The notes beneath the pieces were generated by a model. The model saw only the letters and a list, made by a program, of their open reading frames with translations, was not told where the DNA came from and did no database searches. A stretch of DNA of 64,000 nucleotides, from NCBI GenBank assembly GCA_964016885.1, contig OZ024741.1:132432001-132496000 (forward strand). Direction: 5' to 3'. Source of the stretch: Eledone cirrhosa. Its lineage: Eukaryota. The translations under genes were made by a program, and so were the position numbers. Shown piece by piece: positions 15,001-30,000 of the stretch (position 1 is its first letter; the number at the start of each line of letters is the position of its first letter).

Positions 15001-18000
15001 AGGCTATGGACTGACGTCTTTTTACTAGATAATTCAGTTAAACAAGCCACACTGAGGCTATGGTCTGGCGTCTTTTCACTAGATAATTCAGTTAAACAAG
15101 CCACACTGAGGCTATGGTCTGACGTCTTTTTACTAGATACTTCAGTTAAACAAGCCACACTGAGACTATGGTCTGACGTCTTTTTACTAGATAATTCAGT
15201 TAAACAAGCCACACTGAGGCTATGGACTGACGTCTTTTTACTAGATAATTCAGTTAAACAAGCCACACTGAGGCTATGGTCTGACGTCTTTTTACTAGAT
15301 AATTCAGTTAAACAAGCCACGCTGAGACTATGGTCTGACGTCTTTTTACTAGATAATTCATTTAAACAAGCCACACTGAGGCTATGGACTGATATCTTTT
15401 TACTAGATAATTCAGTTAAACAAGCCACACTGGGGCTATGGTCTGACGTCTTTTTACTAGATAATTCAGTTAAACAAGCCACACTGAGGCTATGGACTGA
15501 GTTCTTTTTACTAGATAATTCAGTTAAACAAGCCAGACTGAGGCTATGGACTGACGTCTTTTTACTAGATAATTCAGTTAAACAAGCCACACTGAGGCTA
15601 TGGACTGACGTCTTTTTACTAGATAATTCAGTTAAACAAGCCACACTGAGGCTATGGTCTGACGTCTTTTTACTAGATAATTCAGTTAAACAAGCCACAC
15701 TGAGGCTATGGACTGACGTCTTTTTACTAGATAATTCAGTTAAACAAGCCACACTGAGGCTATGGACTGACGTCTTTTTATTAGATAATTCAGTTAAACA
15801 AGCCACACTGAGGCTATGGACTGACGTCTTTTTACTAGTTAATTCAGTTAAACAAGCCACACTGAGGCTATGGTCTGACGTCTTTTTACTAGATAATTCA
15901 GTTAAACAAACCACACTGAGGCTATGGTCTGACGTCTTTTTACTAGTTAATTCAGTTAAACAAGCCACACTGAGGCTATGGTCTGACGTCTTTTTACTAG
16001 ATAATTCAGTTAAACAAGCCACACTGAGACTATGGTCTGACGTCTTTTTACTAGATAATTCAGTTAAACAAGCCACACTGAGGCTATGGACTGACGTCTT
16101 TTTACTAGATAATTCAGTTAAACAAGCCACACTGAGGCTATGGTCTGACGTCTTTTTACTAGATAATTCAGTTAAACAAGCCACGCTGAGGCTATGGTCT
16201 GACGTCTTTTTACTAGATAATTCATTTAAACAAGCCACACTGAGGCTATGGACTGATATCTTTTTACTAGATAATTCAGTTAAACAAGCCACACTGAGGC
16301 TATGGTCTGACGTCTTTTTAATAGATAATTCAGTTAAACAAGCCAGACTGAGGCTATGGTCTGACGTCTTTTCATGAGATAATTCAGTTAAACAAGCCAC
16401 ACTGAAACTATGGACTGACGTCTTTTTACTAGATAATTCAGTTAAACAAGCCACACTGAGGCTATGGTCTGACGTCTTTTTACTAGATAATTCAGTTAAA
16501 CAAGCCACACTGAGGCTATGGTCTGACGTCTTTTCACTAGATAATTCAGTTAAACAAGCCACACTGAGGCTATAGACTGACGTCTTTTTACTAGATAATT
16601 CAGTTAAACAAGCCACACTGAGGCTATGGACTGACGTCTTTTTACTACATAATTTAGTTAAACAAGCCAGACTGAGGCTATGGTCTGACGTCTTTTCACT
16701 AGATAATTCAGTTAAACAAGCCACACTGAGGCTATGGACTGACGTCTTTTTACTACATAATTTAGTTAAACAAGCCACACTGAGGCTATGGTCTGACGTC
16801 TTTTTACTAGATAATTCAGTTAAACAAGCCACACTGAGGCTATGGACTGACGTTTTTTTACTAGATAATTCAGTTAAACAAGCCACACTGAGGCTATGGA
16901 CTGACGTCTTTTTACTAGATAATTCAGTTAAACAAGCCACACTGAGGCTATGGACTGACGTCTTTTCACTAGATAATTCAGTTAAACAAGCGACACTGAG
17001 GCTATGGACTGACGTCTTTTTACTAGATAATTCAGTTAAACAAGCTACACTGAGGCTATGGATTGACGTCTTTTTACTAGATAATTCAGTTAAACAAGTC
17101 ACACTGAGGATATGGTCTGACGTCTTTTTACTAGATAATTCAGTTAAACAAGCCACACTGAGGCTATGGACTAACGTCTTTTTACTAGATAATTCAGTTA
17201 AACAAGCCACACTGAGGCTATGGACTGACGTCTTTTCACTAGATAATTCAGTTAAACAAGCCACACTGAGGCTACGGTCTGACGTCTTTTTACTAGATAA
17301 TTCATTTAAACAAGCCACACTAAGACTATGTACTGATATCTTTTTACTAGATAATTCAGTTAAACAATCCACACTGAGGCTATGGTCTGACGTCTTTTTA
17401 CTAGATAATTCAGTTAAACAAGCCACACTGAGGCTATGGACTGACGTCTTTTTACTAGATAATTCAGTTAAACAAGCCACACTGAGACTATGGACTGAGT
17501 TCTTTTTACTAGATAATTCAGTTAAACAAGCCACACTGAGGCTATGGACTGACGTCTTTTTACTAGTTAATTCAGTTAAACAAGCCACACTGAGGCTATG
17601 GTCTGACGTCTTTTTACTAGATAATTCAGTTAAACAAGCCACACTGAGGCTATGGTCTGACGTCTTTTTACTAGTTAATTCAGTTAAACAAGCCACACTG
17701 AGGCTATGGTCTGACGTCTTTTTACTAGATGATTCAGTTAAACAAGCCACACTGAGACTATGGTCTGACGTCTTTTTACTAGATAATTCAGTTAAACAAG
17801 CCACACTGAGGCTATGGACTGACGTCTTTTTACTAGATAATTCAGTTAAACAAGCCACACTGAGGCTATGGTCTGACGTCTTTTTACTAGATAATTCAGT
17901 TAAACAAGCCACACTGAGGCTATGGTCTGACGTCTTTTTACTAGATAATTCATTTAAACAAGCCACACTGAGGCTATGGACTGATATCTTTTTACTAGAT

Positions 18001-21000
18001 AATTCAGTTAAACAAGCCACACTGAGGCTATGGTCTGACGTCTTTTTACTAGATAATTCAGTTAAACAAGCCAGACTGAGGCTATGGTCTGACGTCTTTT
18101 CATTAGATAATTCAGTTAAACAGGCCACACTGAAGCTATGGACTGACGTCTTTTTACTAGATAATTCAGTTAAACAAGCCACACTGAGGCTATGGTCTGA
18201 CGTCTTTTTACTAGATAATTCAGTTAAACAAGCCACACTGAGGCTATGGTCTGACGTCTTTTTACTAGTTAATTCAGTTAAACAAGCCACACTGAGGCTA
18301 TGGTCTGACGTCTTTTTACTAGATGATTCAGTTAAACAAGCCACACTGAGACTATGGTCTGACGTCTTTTTACTAGATAATTCAGTTAAACAAGCCACAC
18401 TGAGGCTATGGACTGACGTCTTTTTACTAGATAATTCAGTTAAACAAGCCACACTGAGGCTATGGTCTGACGTCTTTTTACTAGATAATTCAGTTAAACA
18501 AGCCACGCTGAGGCTATGGTCTGACGTCTTTTTACTAGATAATTCATTTAAACAAGCCACACTGAGGCTATGGACTGATATCTTTTTACTAGATAATTCA
18601 GTTAAACAAGCCACACTGAGGCTATGGTCTGACGTCTTTTTACTAGATAATTCAGTTAAACAAGCCAGACTGAGGCTATGGTCTGACGTCTTTTCATTAG
18701 ATAATTCAGTTAAACAAGCCACACTGAAGCTATGGACTGACGTCTTTTTACTAGATAATTCAGTTAAACAAGCCACACTGAGGCTATGGTCTGACGTCTT
18801 TTTACTAGATAATTCAGTTAAACAAGCCACACTGAGGCTATAGACTGACGTCTTTTTACTAGATAATTCAGTTAAACAAGCCACACTGAGGCTATGGACT
18901 GACGTCTTTTTACTACATAATTTAGTTAAACAAGCCAGACTGAGGCTATGGTCTGACGTCTTTTCACTAGATAATTCAGTTAAACAAGCCACACTGAGGC
19001 TATGGGCTGACGTCTTTTTACTACATAATTTAGTTAAACAAGCCACACTGAGGCTATGGTCTGACGTCTTTTCACTCGATAATTCAGTTAAACAAGCCAC
19101 ACTGAGGCTATGGACTGACGTCTTTTTACTACATAATTTAGTTAAACAAGCCAGACTGAGGGTATGGTCTGACGTCTTTTCACTCGATAATTCTGTTAAA
19201 CAAGCCACACTGAGGCTATGGACTGACGTCTTTTTACTAGATAATTCAGTTAAACAAGCCACACTGAGGCTATGGTCTGACGTCTTTTTACTAGATAATT
19301 CAGTTAAACAAGCCACACTGAGGCTATGGACTGACGTTTTTTTACTAGATAATTCAGTTAAACAAGCCACACTGAGGCTATGGACTGACGTCTTTTTACT
19401 AGATAATTCAGTTAAACAAGCCACACTGAGGCTATGGACTGACGTCTTTTCACTAGATAATTCAGTTACACAAGCGACACTGAGGCTATGGACTGACGTC
19501 TTTTTACTAGATAATTCAGTTAAACAAGCTACACTGAGGCTATGGACTGACGTCTTTTTACTAGATAATTCAGTTAAACAAGTCACACTGAGGATATGGT
19601 CTGACGTCTTTTTACTAGATAATTCAGTTAAACAAGCCACACTGAGGCTATGGACTAACGTCTTTTTACTAGATAATTCAGTTAAACAAGCCACACTGAG
19701 GCTATGGACTGACGTCTTTTCACTAGATAATTCAGTTAAACAAGCCACACTGAGGCTACGGTCTGACGTCTTTTTACTAGATAATTCATTTAAACAAGCC
19801 ACACTGAGACTATGGACTGATATCTTTTTACTAGATAATTCAGTTAAACAATCCACACTGAGGCTATGGTCTGACGTCTTTTTACTAGATAATTCAGTTA
19901 AACAAGCCACACTGAGTCTATGGACTGACGTCTTTTTACTAGATAATTCATTTAAACAAGCCACACTGAGGCTATGGACTGATATCTTTTTACTAGATAA
20001 TTCAGTTAAACAAGCCACACTGAGGCTATGGTCTGACGTCTTTTTACTAGATAATTCAGTTAAACAAGCCAGACTGAGTCTATGGTCTGACGTCTTTTCA
20101 TTAGATAATTCAGTTAAACAGGCCACACTGAAGCTATGGACTGACGTCTTTTTACTAGATAATTCAGTTAAACAAGCCACACTGAGGCTATGGTCTGACG
20201 TCTTTTTACTAGATAATTCAGTTAAACAAGCCACACTGAGGCTATGGTCTGACGTCTTTTTACTAGTTAATTCAGTTAAACAAGCCACACTGAGGCTATG
20301 GTCTGACGTCTTTTTACTAGATGATTCAGTTAAACAAGCCACACTGAGACTATGGTCTGACGTCTTTTTACTAGATAATTCAGTTAAACAAGCCACACTG
20401 AGGCTATGGACTGACGTCTTTTTACTAGATAATTCAGTTAAACAAGCCACACTGAGGCTATGGTCTGACGTCTTTTTACTAGATAATTCAGTTAAACAAG
20501 CCACGCTGAGGCTATGGTCTGACGTCTTTTTACTAGATAATTCATTTAAACAAGCCACACTGAGGCTATGGACTGATATCTTTTTACTAGATAATTCAGT
20601 TAAACAAGCCACACTGAGGCTATGGTCTGACGTCTTTTTACTAGATAATTCAGTTAAACAAGCCAGACTGAGGCTATGGTCTGACGTCTTTTCATTAGAT
20701 AATTCAGTTAAACAAGCCACACTGAAGCTATGGACTGACGTCTTTTTACTAGATAATTCAGTTAAACAAGCCACACTGAGGCTATGGTCTGACGTCTTTT
20801 TACTAGATAATTCAGTTAAACAAGCCACACTGAGGCTATAGACTGACGTCTTTTTACTAGATAATTCAGTTAAACAAGCCACACTGAGGCTATGGACTGA
20901 CGTCTTTTTACTACATAATTTAGTTAAACAAGCCAGACTGAGGCTATGGTCTGACGTCTTTTCACTAGATAATTCAGTTAAACAAGCCACACTGAGGCTA

Positions 21001-24000
21001 TGGACTGACGTCTTTTTACTACATAATTTAGTTAAACAAGCCACACTGAGGCTATGGTCTGACGTCTTTTCACTCGATAATTCAGTTAAACAAGCCACAC
21101 TGAGGCTATGGACTGACGTCTTTTTACTACATAATTTAGTTAAACAAGCCAGACTGAGGGTATGGTCTGACGTCTTTTCACTCGATAATTCTGTTAAACA
21201 AGCCACACTGAGGCTATGGACTGACGTCTTTTTACTAGATAATTCAGTTAAACAAGCCACACTGAGGCTATGGACTGACGTCTTTTCACTAGATAATTCA
21301 GTTACACAAGCGACACTGAGGCTATGGACTGACGTCTTTTTACTAGATAATTCAGTTAAACAAGCTACACTGAGGCTATGGACTGACGTCTTTTTACTAG
21401 ATAATTCAGTTAAACAAGTCACACTGAGGATATGGTCTGACGTCTTTTTACTAGATAATTCAGTTAAACAAGCCACACTGAGGCTATGGACTAACGTCTT
21501 TTTACTAGATAATTCAGTTAAACAAGCCACACTGAGGCTATGGACTGACGTCTTTTCACTAGATAATTCAGTTAAACAAGCCACACTGAGGCTACGGTCT
21601 GACGTCTTTTTACTAGATAATTCATTTAAACAAGCCACACTGAGACTATGGACTGATATCTTTTTACTAGATAATTCAGTTAAACAATCCACACTGAGGC
21701 TATGGTCTGACGTCTTTTTACTAGATAATTCAGTTAAACAAGCCACACTGAGTCTATGGACTGACGTCTTTTTACTAGATAATTCATTTAAACAAGCCAC
21801 ACTGAGGCTATGGACTGATATCTTTTTACTAGATAATTCAGTTAAACAAGCCACACTGAGGCTATGGTCTGACGTCTTTTTACTAGATAATTCAGTTAAA
21901 CAAGCCAGACTGAGGCTATGGTCTGACGTCTTTTCATTAGATAATTCAGTTAAACAGGCCACACTGAAGCTATGGACTGACGTCTTTTTACTAGATAATT
22001 CAGTTAAACAAGCCACACTGAGGCTATGGTCTGACGTCTTTTTACTAGATAATTCAGTTAAACAAGCCACACTGAGGCTATGGTCTGACGTCTTTTTACT
22101 AGTTAATTCAGTTAAACAAGCCACACTGAGGCTATGGTCTGACGTCTTTTTACTAGATGATTCAGTTAAACAAGCCACACTGAGACTATGGTCTGACGTC
22201 TTTTTACTAGATAATTCAGTTAAACAAGCCACACTGAGGCTATGGACTGACGTCTTTTTACTAGATAATTCAGTTAAACAAGCCACACTGAGGCTATGGT
22301 CTGACGTGTTTTTACTAGATAATTCAGTTAAACAAGCCACGCTGAGGCTATGGTCTGACGTCTTTTTACTAGATAATTCATTTAAACAAGCCACACTGAG
22401 GCTATGGACTGATATCTTTTTACTAGATAATTCAGTTAAACAAGCCACACTGAGGCTATGGTCTGACGTCTTTTTACTAGATAATTCAGTTAAACAAGCC
22501 AGACTGAGGCTATGGTCTGACGTCTTTTCATTAGATAATTCAGTTAAACAAGCCACACTGAAGCTATGGACTGACGTCTTTTTACTAGATAATTCAGTTA
22601 AACAAGCCACACTGAGGCTATGGTCTGACGTCTTTTTACTAGATAATTCAGTTAAACAAGCCACACTGAGGCTATAGACTGACGTCTTTTTACTAGATAA
22701 TTCAGTTAAACAAGCCACACTGAGGCTATGGACTGACGTCTTTTTACTACATAATTTAGTTAAACAAGCCAGACTGAGGCTATGGTCTGACGTCTTTTCA
22801 CTAGATAATTCAGTTAAACAAGCCACACTGAGGCTATGGACTGACGTCTTTTTACTACATAATTTAGTTAAACAAGCCACACTGAGGCTATGGTCTGACG
22901 TCTTTTCACTCGATAATTCAGTTAAACAAGCCACACTGAGGCTATGGACTGACGTCTTTTTACTACATAATTTAGTTAAACAAGCCAGACTGAGGGTATG
23001 GTCTGACGTCTTTTCACTCGATAATTCTGTTAAACAAGCCACACTGAGGCTATGGACTGACGTCTTTTTACTAGATAATTCAGTTAAACAAGCCACACTG
23101 AGGCTATGGTCTGACGTCTTTTTACTAGATAATTCAGTTAAACAAGCCACACTGAGGCTATGGACTGACGTTTTTTTACTAGATAATTCAGTTAAACAAG
23201 CCACACTGAGGCTATGGACTGACGTCTTTTTACTAGATAATTCAGTTAAACAAGCCACACTGAGGCTATGGACTGACGTCTTTTCACTAGATAATTCAGT
23301 TACACAAGCGACACTGAGGCTATGGACTGACGTCTTTTTACTAGATAATTCAGTTAAACAAGCTACACTGAGGCTATGGACTGACGTCTTTTTACTAGAT
23401 AATTCAGTTAAACAAGTCACACTGAGGATATGGTCTGACGTCTTTTTACTAGATAATTCAGTTAAACAAGCCACACTGAGGCTATGGACTAACGTCTTTT
23501 TACTAGATAATTCAGTTAAACAAGCCACACTGAGGCTATGGACTGACGTCTTTTCACTAGATAATTCAGTTAAACAAGCCACACTGAGGCTACGGTCTGA
23601 CGTCTTTTTACTAGATAATTCATTTAAACAAGCCACACTGAGACTATGGACTGATATCTTTTTACTAGATAATTCAGTTAAACAATCCACACTGAGGCTA
23701 TGGTCTGACGTCTTTTTACTAGATAATTCAGTTAAACAAGCCACACTGAGTCTATGGACTGACGTCTTTTTACTAGATAATTCAGTTAAACAAGCCAGAC
23801 TGAGGCTATGGACTGGCGTCTTTTTACTAGATAATTCAGTTAAACAAGCCGCACCGAGGCTATGGACTGACGTCTTTTTACTAGATAATTCAGTTAAACA
23901 AGCCAGACTGAGGCTATGGACTGGCGTCTTTTTACTAGATAATTCAGTTAAACAAGCCACACTGAGGCTATGGTCTGACGTCTTTTTACTAGATAATTCA

Positions 24001-27000
24001 GTTAAACAAGCCACGCTGAGGCTATGGTCTGACGTCTTTTTACTAGATAATTCATTTAAACAAGCCACACTGAGGCTATGGACTGATATCTTTTTACTAG
24101 ATAATTCAGTTAAACAAGCCACACTGAGGCTATGGTCTGACGTCTTTTTAATAGATAATTCAGTTAAACAAGCCAGACTGAGGCTATGGTCTGACGTCTT
24201 TTCATGAGATAATTCAGTTAAACAAGCCACACTGAAACTATGGACTGACGTCTTTTTACTAGATAATTCAGTTAAACAAGCCACACTGAGGCTATGGTCT
24301 GACGTCTTTTTACTAGATAATTCAGTTAAACAAGCCACACTGAGGCTATGGTCTGACGTCTTTTCACTAGATAATTCAGTTAAACAAGCCACACTGAGGC
24401 TATAGACTGACGTCTTTTTACTAGATAATTCAGTTAAACAAGCCACACTGAGGCTATGGACTGACGTCTTTTTACTACATAATTTAGTTAAACAAGCCAG
24501 ACTGAGGCTATGGTCTGACGTCTTTTCACTAGATAATTCAGTTAAACAAGCCACACTGAGGCTATGGACTGACGTCTTTTTACTACATAATTTAGTTAAA
24601 CAAGCCACACTGAGGCTATGGTCTGACGTCTTTTTACTAGATAATTCAGTTAAACAAGCCACACTGAGGCTATGGACTGACGTTTTTTTACTAGATAATT
24701 CAGTTAAACAAGCCACACTGAGGCTATGGACTGACGTCTTTTTACTAGATAATTCAGTTAAACAAGCCACACTGAGGCTATGGACTGACGTCTTTTCACT
24801 AGATAATTCAGTTAAACAAGCGACACTGAGGCTATGGACTGACGTCTTTTTACTAGATAATTCAGTTAAACAAGCTACACTGAGGCTATGGATTGACGTC
24901 TTTTTACTAGATAATTCAGTTAAACAAGTCACACTGAGGATATGGTCTGACGTCTTTTTACTAGATAATTCAGTTAAACAAGCCACACTGAGGCTATGGA
25001 CTAACGTCTTTTTACTAGATAATTCAGTTAAACAAGCCACACTGAGGCTATGGACTGACGTCTTTTCACTAGATAATTCAGTTAAACAAGCCACACTGAG
25101 GCTACGGTCTGACGTCTTTTTACTAGATAATTCATTTAAACAAGCCACACTAAGACTATGTACTGATATCTTTTTACTAGATAATTCAGTTAAACAATCC
25201 ACACTGAGGCTATGGTCTGACGTCTTTTTACTAGATAATTCAGTTAAACAAGCCACACTGAGGCTATGGACTGACGTCTTTTTACTAGATAATTCAGTTA
25301 AACAAGCCACACTGAGACTATGGACTGAGTTCTTTTTACTAGATAATTCAGTTAAACAAGCCACACTGAGGCTATGGACTGACGTCTTTTTACTAGTTAA
25401 TTCAGTTAAACAAGCCACACTGAGGCTATGGTCTGACGTCTTTTTACTAGATAATTCAGTTAAACAAGCCACACTGAGGCTATGGTCTGACGTCTTTTTA
25501 CTAGTTAATTCAGTTAAACAAGCCACACTGAGGCTATGGTCTGACGTCTTTTTACTAGATGATTCAGTTAAACAAGCCACACTGAGACTATGGTCTGACG
25601 TCTTTTTACTAGATAATTCAGTTAAACAAGCCACACTGAGGCTATGGACTGACGTCTTTTTACTAGATAATTCAGTTAAACAAGCCACACTGAGGCTATG
25701 GTCTGACGTCTTTTTACTAGATAATTCAGTTAAACAAGCCACACTGAGGCTATGGTCTGACGTCTTTTTACTAGATAATTCATTTAAACAAGCCACACTG
25801 AGGCTATGGACTGATATCTTTTTACTAGATAATTCAGTTAAACAAGCCACACTGAGGCTATGGTCTGACGTCTTTTTACTAGATAATTCAGTTAAACAAG
25901 CCAGACTGAGGCTATGGTCTGACGTCTTTTCATTAGATAATTCAGTTAAACAGGCCACACTGAAGCTATGGACTGACGTCTTTTTACTAGATAATTCAGT
26001 TAAACAAGCCACACTGAGGCTATGGTCTGACGTCTTTTTACTAGATAATTCAGTTAAACAAGCCACACTGAGGCTATGGTCTGACGTCTTTTTACTAGTT
26101 AATTCAGTTAAACAAGCCACACTGAGGCTATGGTCTGACGTCTTTTTACTAGATGATTCAGTTAAACAAGCCACACTGAGACTATGGTCTGACGTCTTTT
26201 TACTAGATAATTCAGTTAAACAAGCCACACTGAGGCTATGGACTGACGTCTTTTTACTAGATAATTCAGTTAAACAAGCCACACTGAGGCTATGGTCTGA
26301 CGTCTTTTTACTAGATAATTCAGTTAAACAAGCCACGCTGAGGCTATGGTCTGACGTCTTTTTACTAGATAATTCATTTAAACAAGCCACACTGAGGCTA
26401 TGGACTGATATCTTTTTACTAGATAATTCAGTTAAACAAGCCACACTGAGGCTATGGTCTGACGTCTTTTTACTAGATAATTCAGTTAAACAAGCCAGAC
26501 TGAGGCTATGGTCTGACGTCTTTTCATTAGATAATTCAGTTAAACAAGCCACACTGAAGCTATGGACTGACGTCTTTTTACTAGATAATTCAGTTAAACA
26601 AGCCACACTGAGGCTATGGTCTGACGTCTTTTTACTAGATAATTCAGTTAAACAAGCCACACTGAGGCTATAGACTGACGTCTTTTTACTAGATAATTCA
26701 GTTAAACAAGCCACACTGAGGCTATGGACTGACGTCTTTTTACTACATAATTTAGTTAAACAAGCCAGACTGAGGCTATGGTCTGACGTCTTTTCACTAG
26801 ATAATTCAGTTAAACAAGCCACACTGAGGCTATGGGCTGACGTCTTTTTACTACATAATTTAGTTAAACAAGCCACACTGAGGCTATGGTCTGACGTCTT
26901 TTCACTCGATAATTCAGTTAAACAAGCCACACTGAGGCTATGGACTGACGTCTTTTTACTACATAATTTAGTTAAACAAGCCAGACTGAGGGTATGGTCT

Positions 27001-30000
27001 GACGTCTTTTCACTCGATAATTCTGTTAAACAAGCCACACTGAGGCTATGGACTGACGTCTTTTTACTAGATAATTCAGTTAAACAAGCCACACTGAGGC
27101 TATGGTCTGACGTCTTTTTACTAGATAATTCAGTTAAACAAGCCACACTGAGGCTATGGACTGACGTTTTTTTACTAGATAATTCAGTTAAACAAGCCAC
27201 ACTGAGGCTATGGACTGACGTCTTTTTACTAGATAATTCAGTTAAACAAGCCACACTGAGGCTATGGACTGACGTCTTTTCACTAGATAATTCAGTTACA
27301 CAAGCGACACTGAGGCTATGGACTGACGTCTTTTTACTAGATAATTCAGTTAAACAAGCTACACTGAGGCTATGGACTGACGTCTTTTTACTAGATAATT
27401 CAGTTAAACAAGTCACACTGAGGATATGGTCTGACGTCTTTTTACTAGATAATTCAGTTAAACAAGCCACACTGAGGCTATGGACTAACGTCTTTTTACT
27501 AGATAATTCAGTTAAACAAGCCACACTGAGGCTATGGACTGACGTCTTTTCACTAGATAATTCAGTTAAACAAGCCACACTGAGGCTACGGTCTGACGTC
27601 TTTTTACTAGATAATTCATTTAAACAAGCCACACTGAGACTATGGACTGATATCTTTTTACTAGATAATTCAGTTAAACAATCCACACTGAGGCTATGGT
27701 CTGACGTCTTTTTACTAGATAATTCAGTTAAACAAGCCACACTGAGTCTATGGACTGACGTCTTTTTACTAGATAATTCATTTAAACAAGCCACACTGAG
27801 GCTATGGACTGATATCTTTTTACTAGATAATTCAGTTAAACAAGCCACACTGAGGCTATGGTCTGACGTCTTTTTACTAGATAATTCAGTTAAACAAGCC
27901 AGACTGAGTCTATGGTCTGACGTCTTTTCATTAGATAATTCAGTTAAACAGGCCACACTGAAGCTATGGACTGACGTCTTTTTACTAGATAATTCAGTTA
28001 AACAAGCCACACTGAGGCTATGGTCTGACGTCTTTTTACTAGATAATTCAGTTAAACAAGCCACACTGAGGCTATGGTCTGACGTCTTTTTACTAGTTAA
28101 TTCAGTTAAACAAGCCACACTGAGGCTATGGTCTGACGTCTTTTTACTAGATGATTCAGTTAAACAAGCCACACTGAGACTATGGTCTGACGTCTTTTTA
28201 CTAGATAATTCAGTTAAACAAGCCACACTGAGGCTATGGACTGACGTCTTTTTACTAGATAATTCAGTTAAACAAGCCACACTGAGGCTATGGTCTGACG
28301 TCTTTTTACTAGATAATTCAGTTAAACAAGCCACGCTGAGGCTATGGTCTGACGTCTTTTTACTAGATAATTCATTTAAACAAGCCACACTGAGGCTATG
28401 GACTGATATCTTTTTACTAGATAATTCAGTTAAACAAGCCACACTGAGGCTATGGTCTGACGTCTTTTTACTAGATAATTCAGTTAAACAAGCCAGACTG
28501 AGGCTATGGTCTGACGTCTTTTCATTAGATAATTCAGTTAAACAAGCCACACTGAAGCTATGGACTGACGTCTTTTTACTAGATAATTCAGTTAAACAAG
28601 CCACACTGAGGCTATGGTCTGACGTCTTTTTACTAGATAATTCAGTTAAACAAGCCACACTGAGGCTATAGACTGACGTCTTTTTACTAGATAATTCAGT
28701 TAAACAAGCCACACTGAGGCTATGGACTGACGTCTTTTTACTACATAATTTAGTTAAACAAGCCAGACTGAGGCTATGGTCTGACGTCTTTTCACTAGAT
28801 AATTCAGTTAAACAAGCCACACTGAGGCTATGGACTGACGTCTTTTTACTACATAATTTAGTTAAACAAGCCACACTGAGGCTATGGTCTGACGTCTTTT
28901 CACTCGATAATTCAGTTAAACAAGCCACACTGAGGCTATGGACTGACGTCTTTTTACTACATAATTTAGTTAAACAAGCCAGACTGAGGGTATGGTCTGA
29001 CGTCTTTTCACTCGATAATTCTGTTAAACAAGCCACACTGAGGCTATGGACTGACGTCTTTTTACTAGATAATTCAGTTAAACAAGCCACACTGAGGCTA
29101 TGGACTGACGTCTTTTCACTAGATAATTCAGTTACACAAGCGACACTGAGGCTATGGACTGACGTCTTTTTACTAGATAATTCAGTTAAACAAGCTACAC
29201 TGAGGCTATGGACTGACGTCTTTTTACTAGATAATTCAGTTAAACAAGTCACACTGAGGATATGGTCTGACGTCTTTTTACTAGATAATTCAGTTAAACA
29301 AGCCACACTGAGGCTATGGACTAACGTCTTTTTACTAGATAATTCAGTTAAACAAGCCACACTGAGGCTATGGACTGACGTCTTTTCACTAGATAATTCA
29401 GTTAAACAAGCCACACTGAGGCTACGGTCTGACGTCTTTTTACTAGATAATTCATTTAAACAAGCCACACTGAGACTATGGACTGATATCTTTTTACTAG
29501 ATAATTCAGTTAAACAATCCACACTGAGGCTATGGTCTGACGTCTTTTTACTAGATAATTCAGTTAAACAAGCCACACTGAGTCTATGGACTGACGTCTT
29601 TTTACTAGATAATTCATTTAAACAAGCCACACTGAGGCTATGGACTGATATCTTTTTACTAGATAATTCAGTTAAACAAGCCACACTGAGGCTATGGTCT
29701 GACGTCTTTTTACTAGATAATTCAGTTAAACAAGCCAGACTGAGGCTATGGTCTGACGTCTTTTCATTAGATAATTCAGTTAAACAGGCCACACTGAAGC
29801 TATGGACTGACGTCTTTTTACTAGATAATTCAGTTAAACAAGCCACACTGAGGCTATGGTCTGACGTCTTTTTACTAGATAATTCAGTTAAACAAGCCAC
29901 ACTGAGGCTATGGTCTGACGTCTTTTTACTAGTTAATTCAGTTAAACAAGCCACACTGAGGCTATGGTCTGACGTCTTTTTACTAGATGATTCAGTTAAA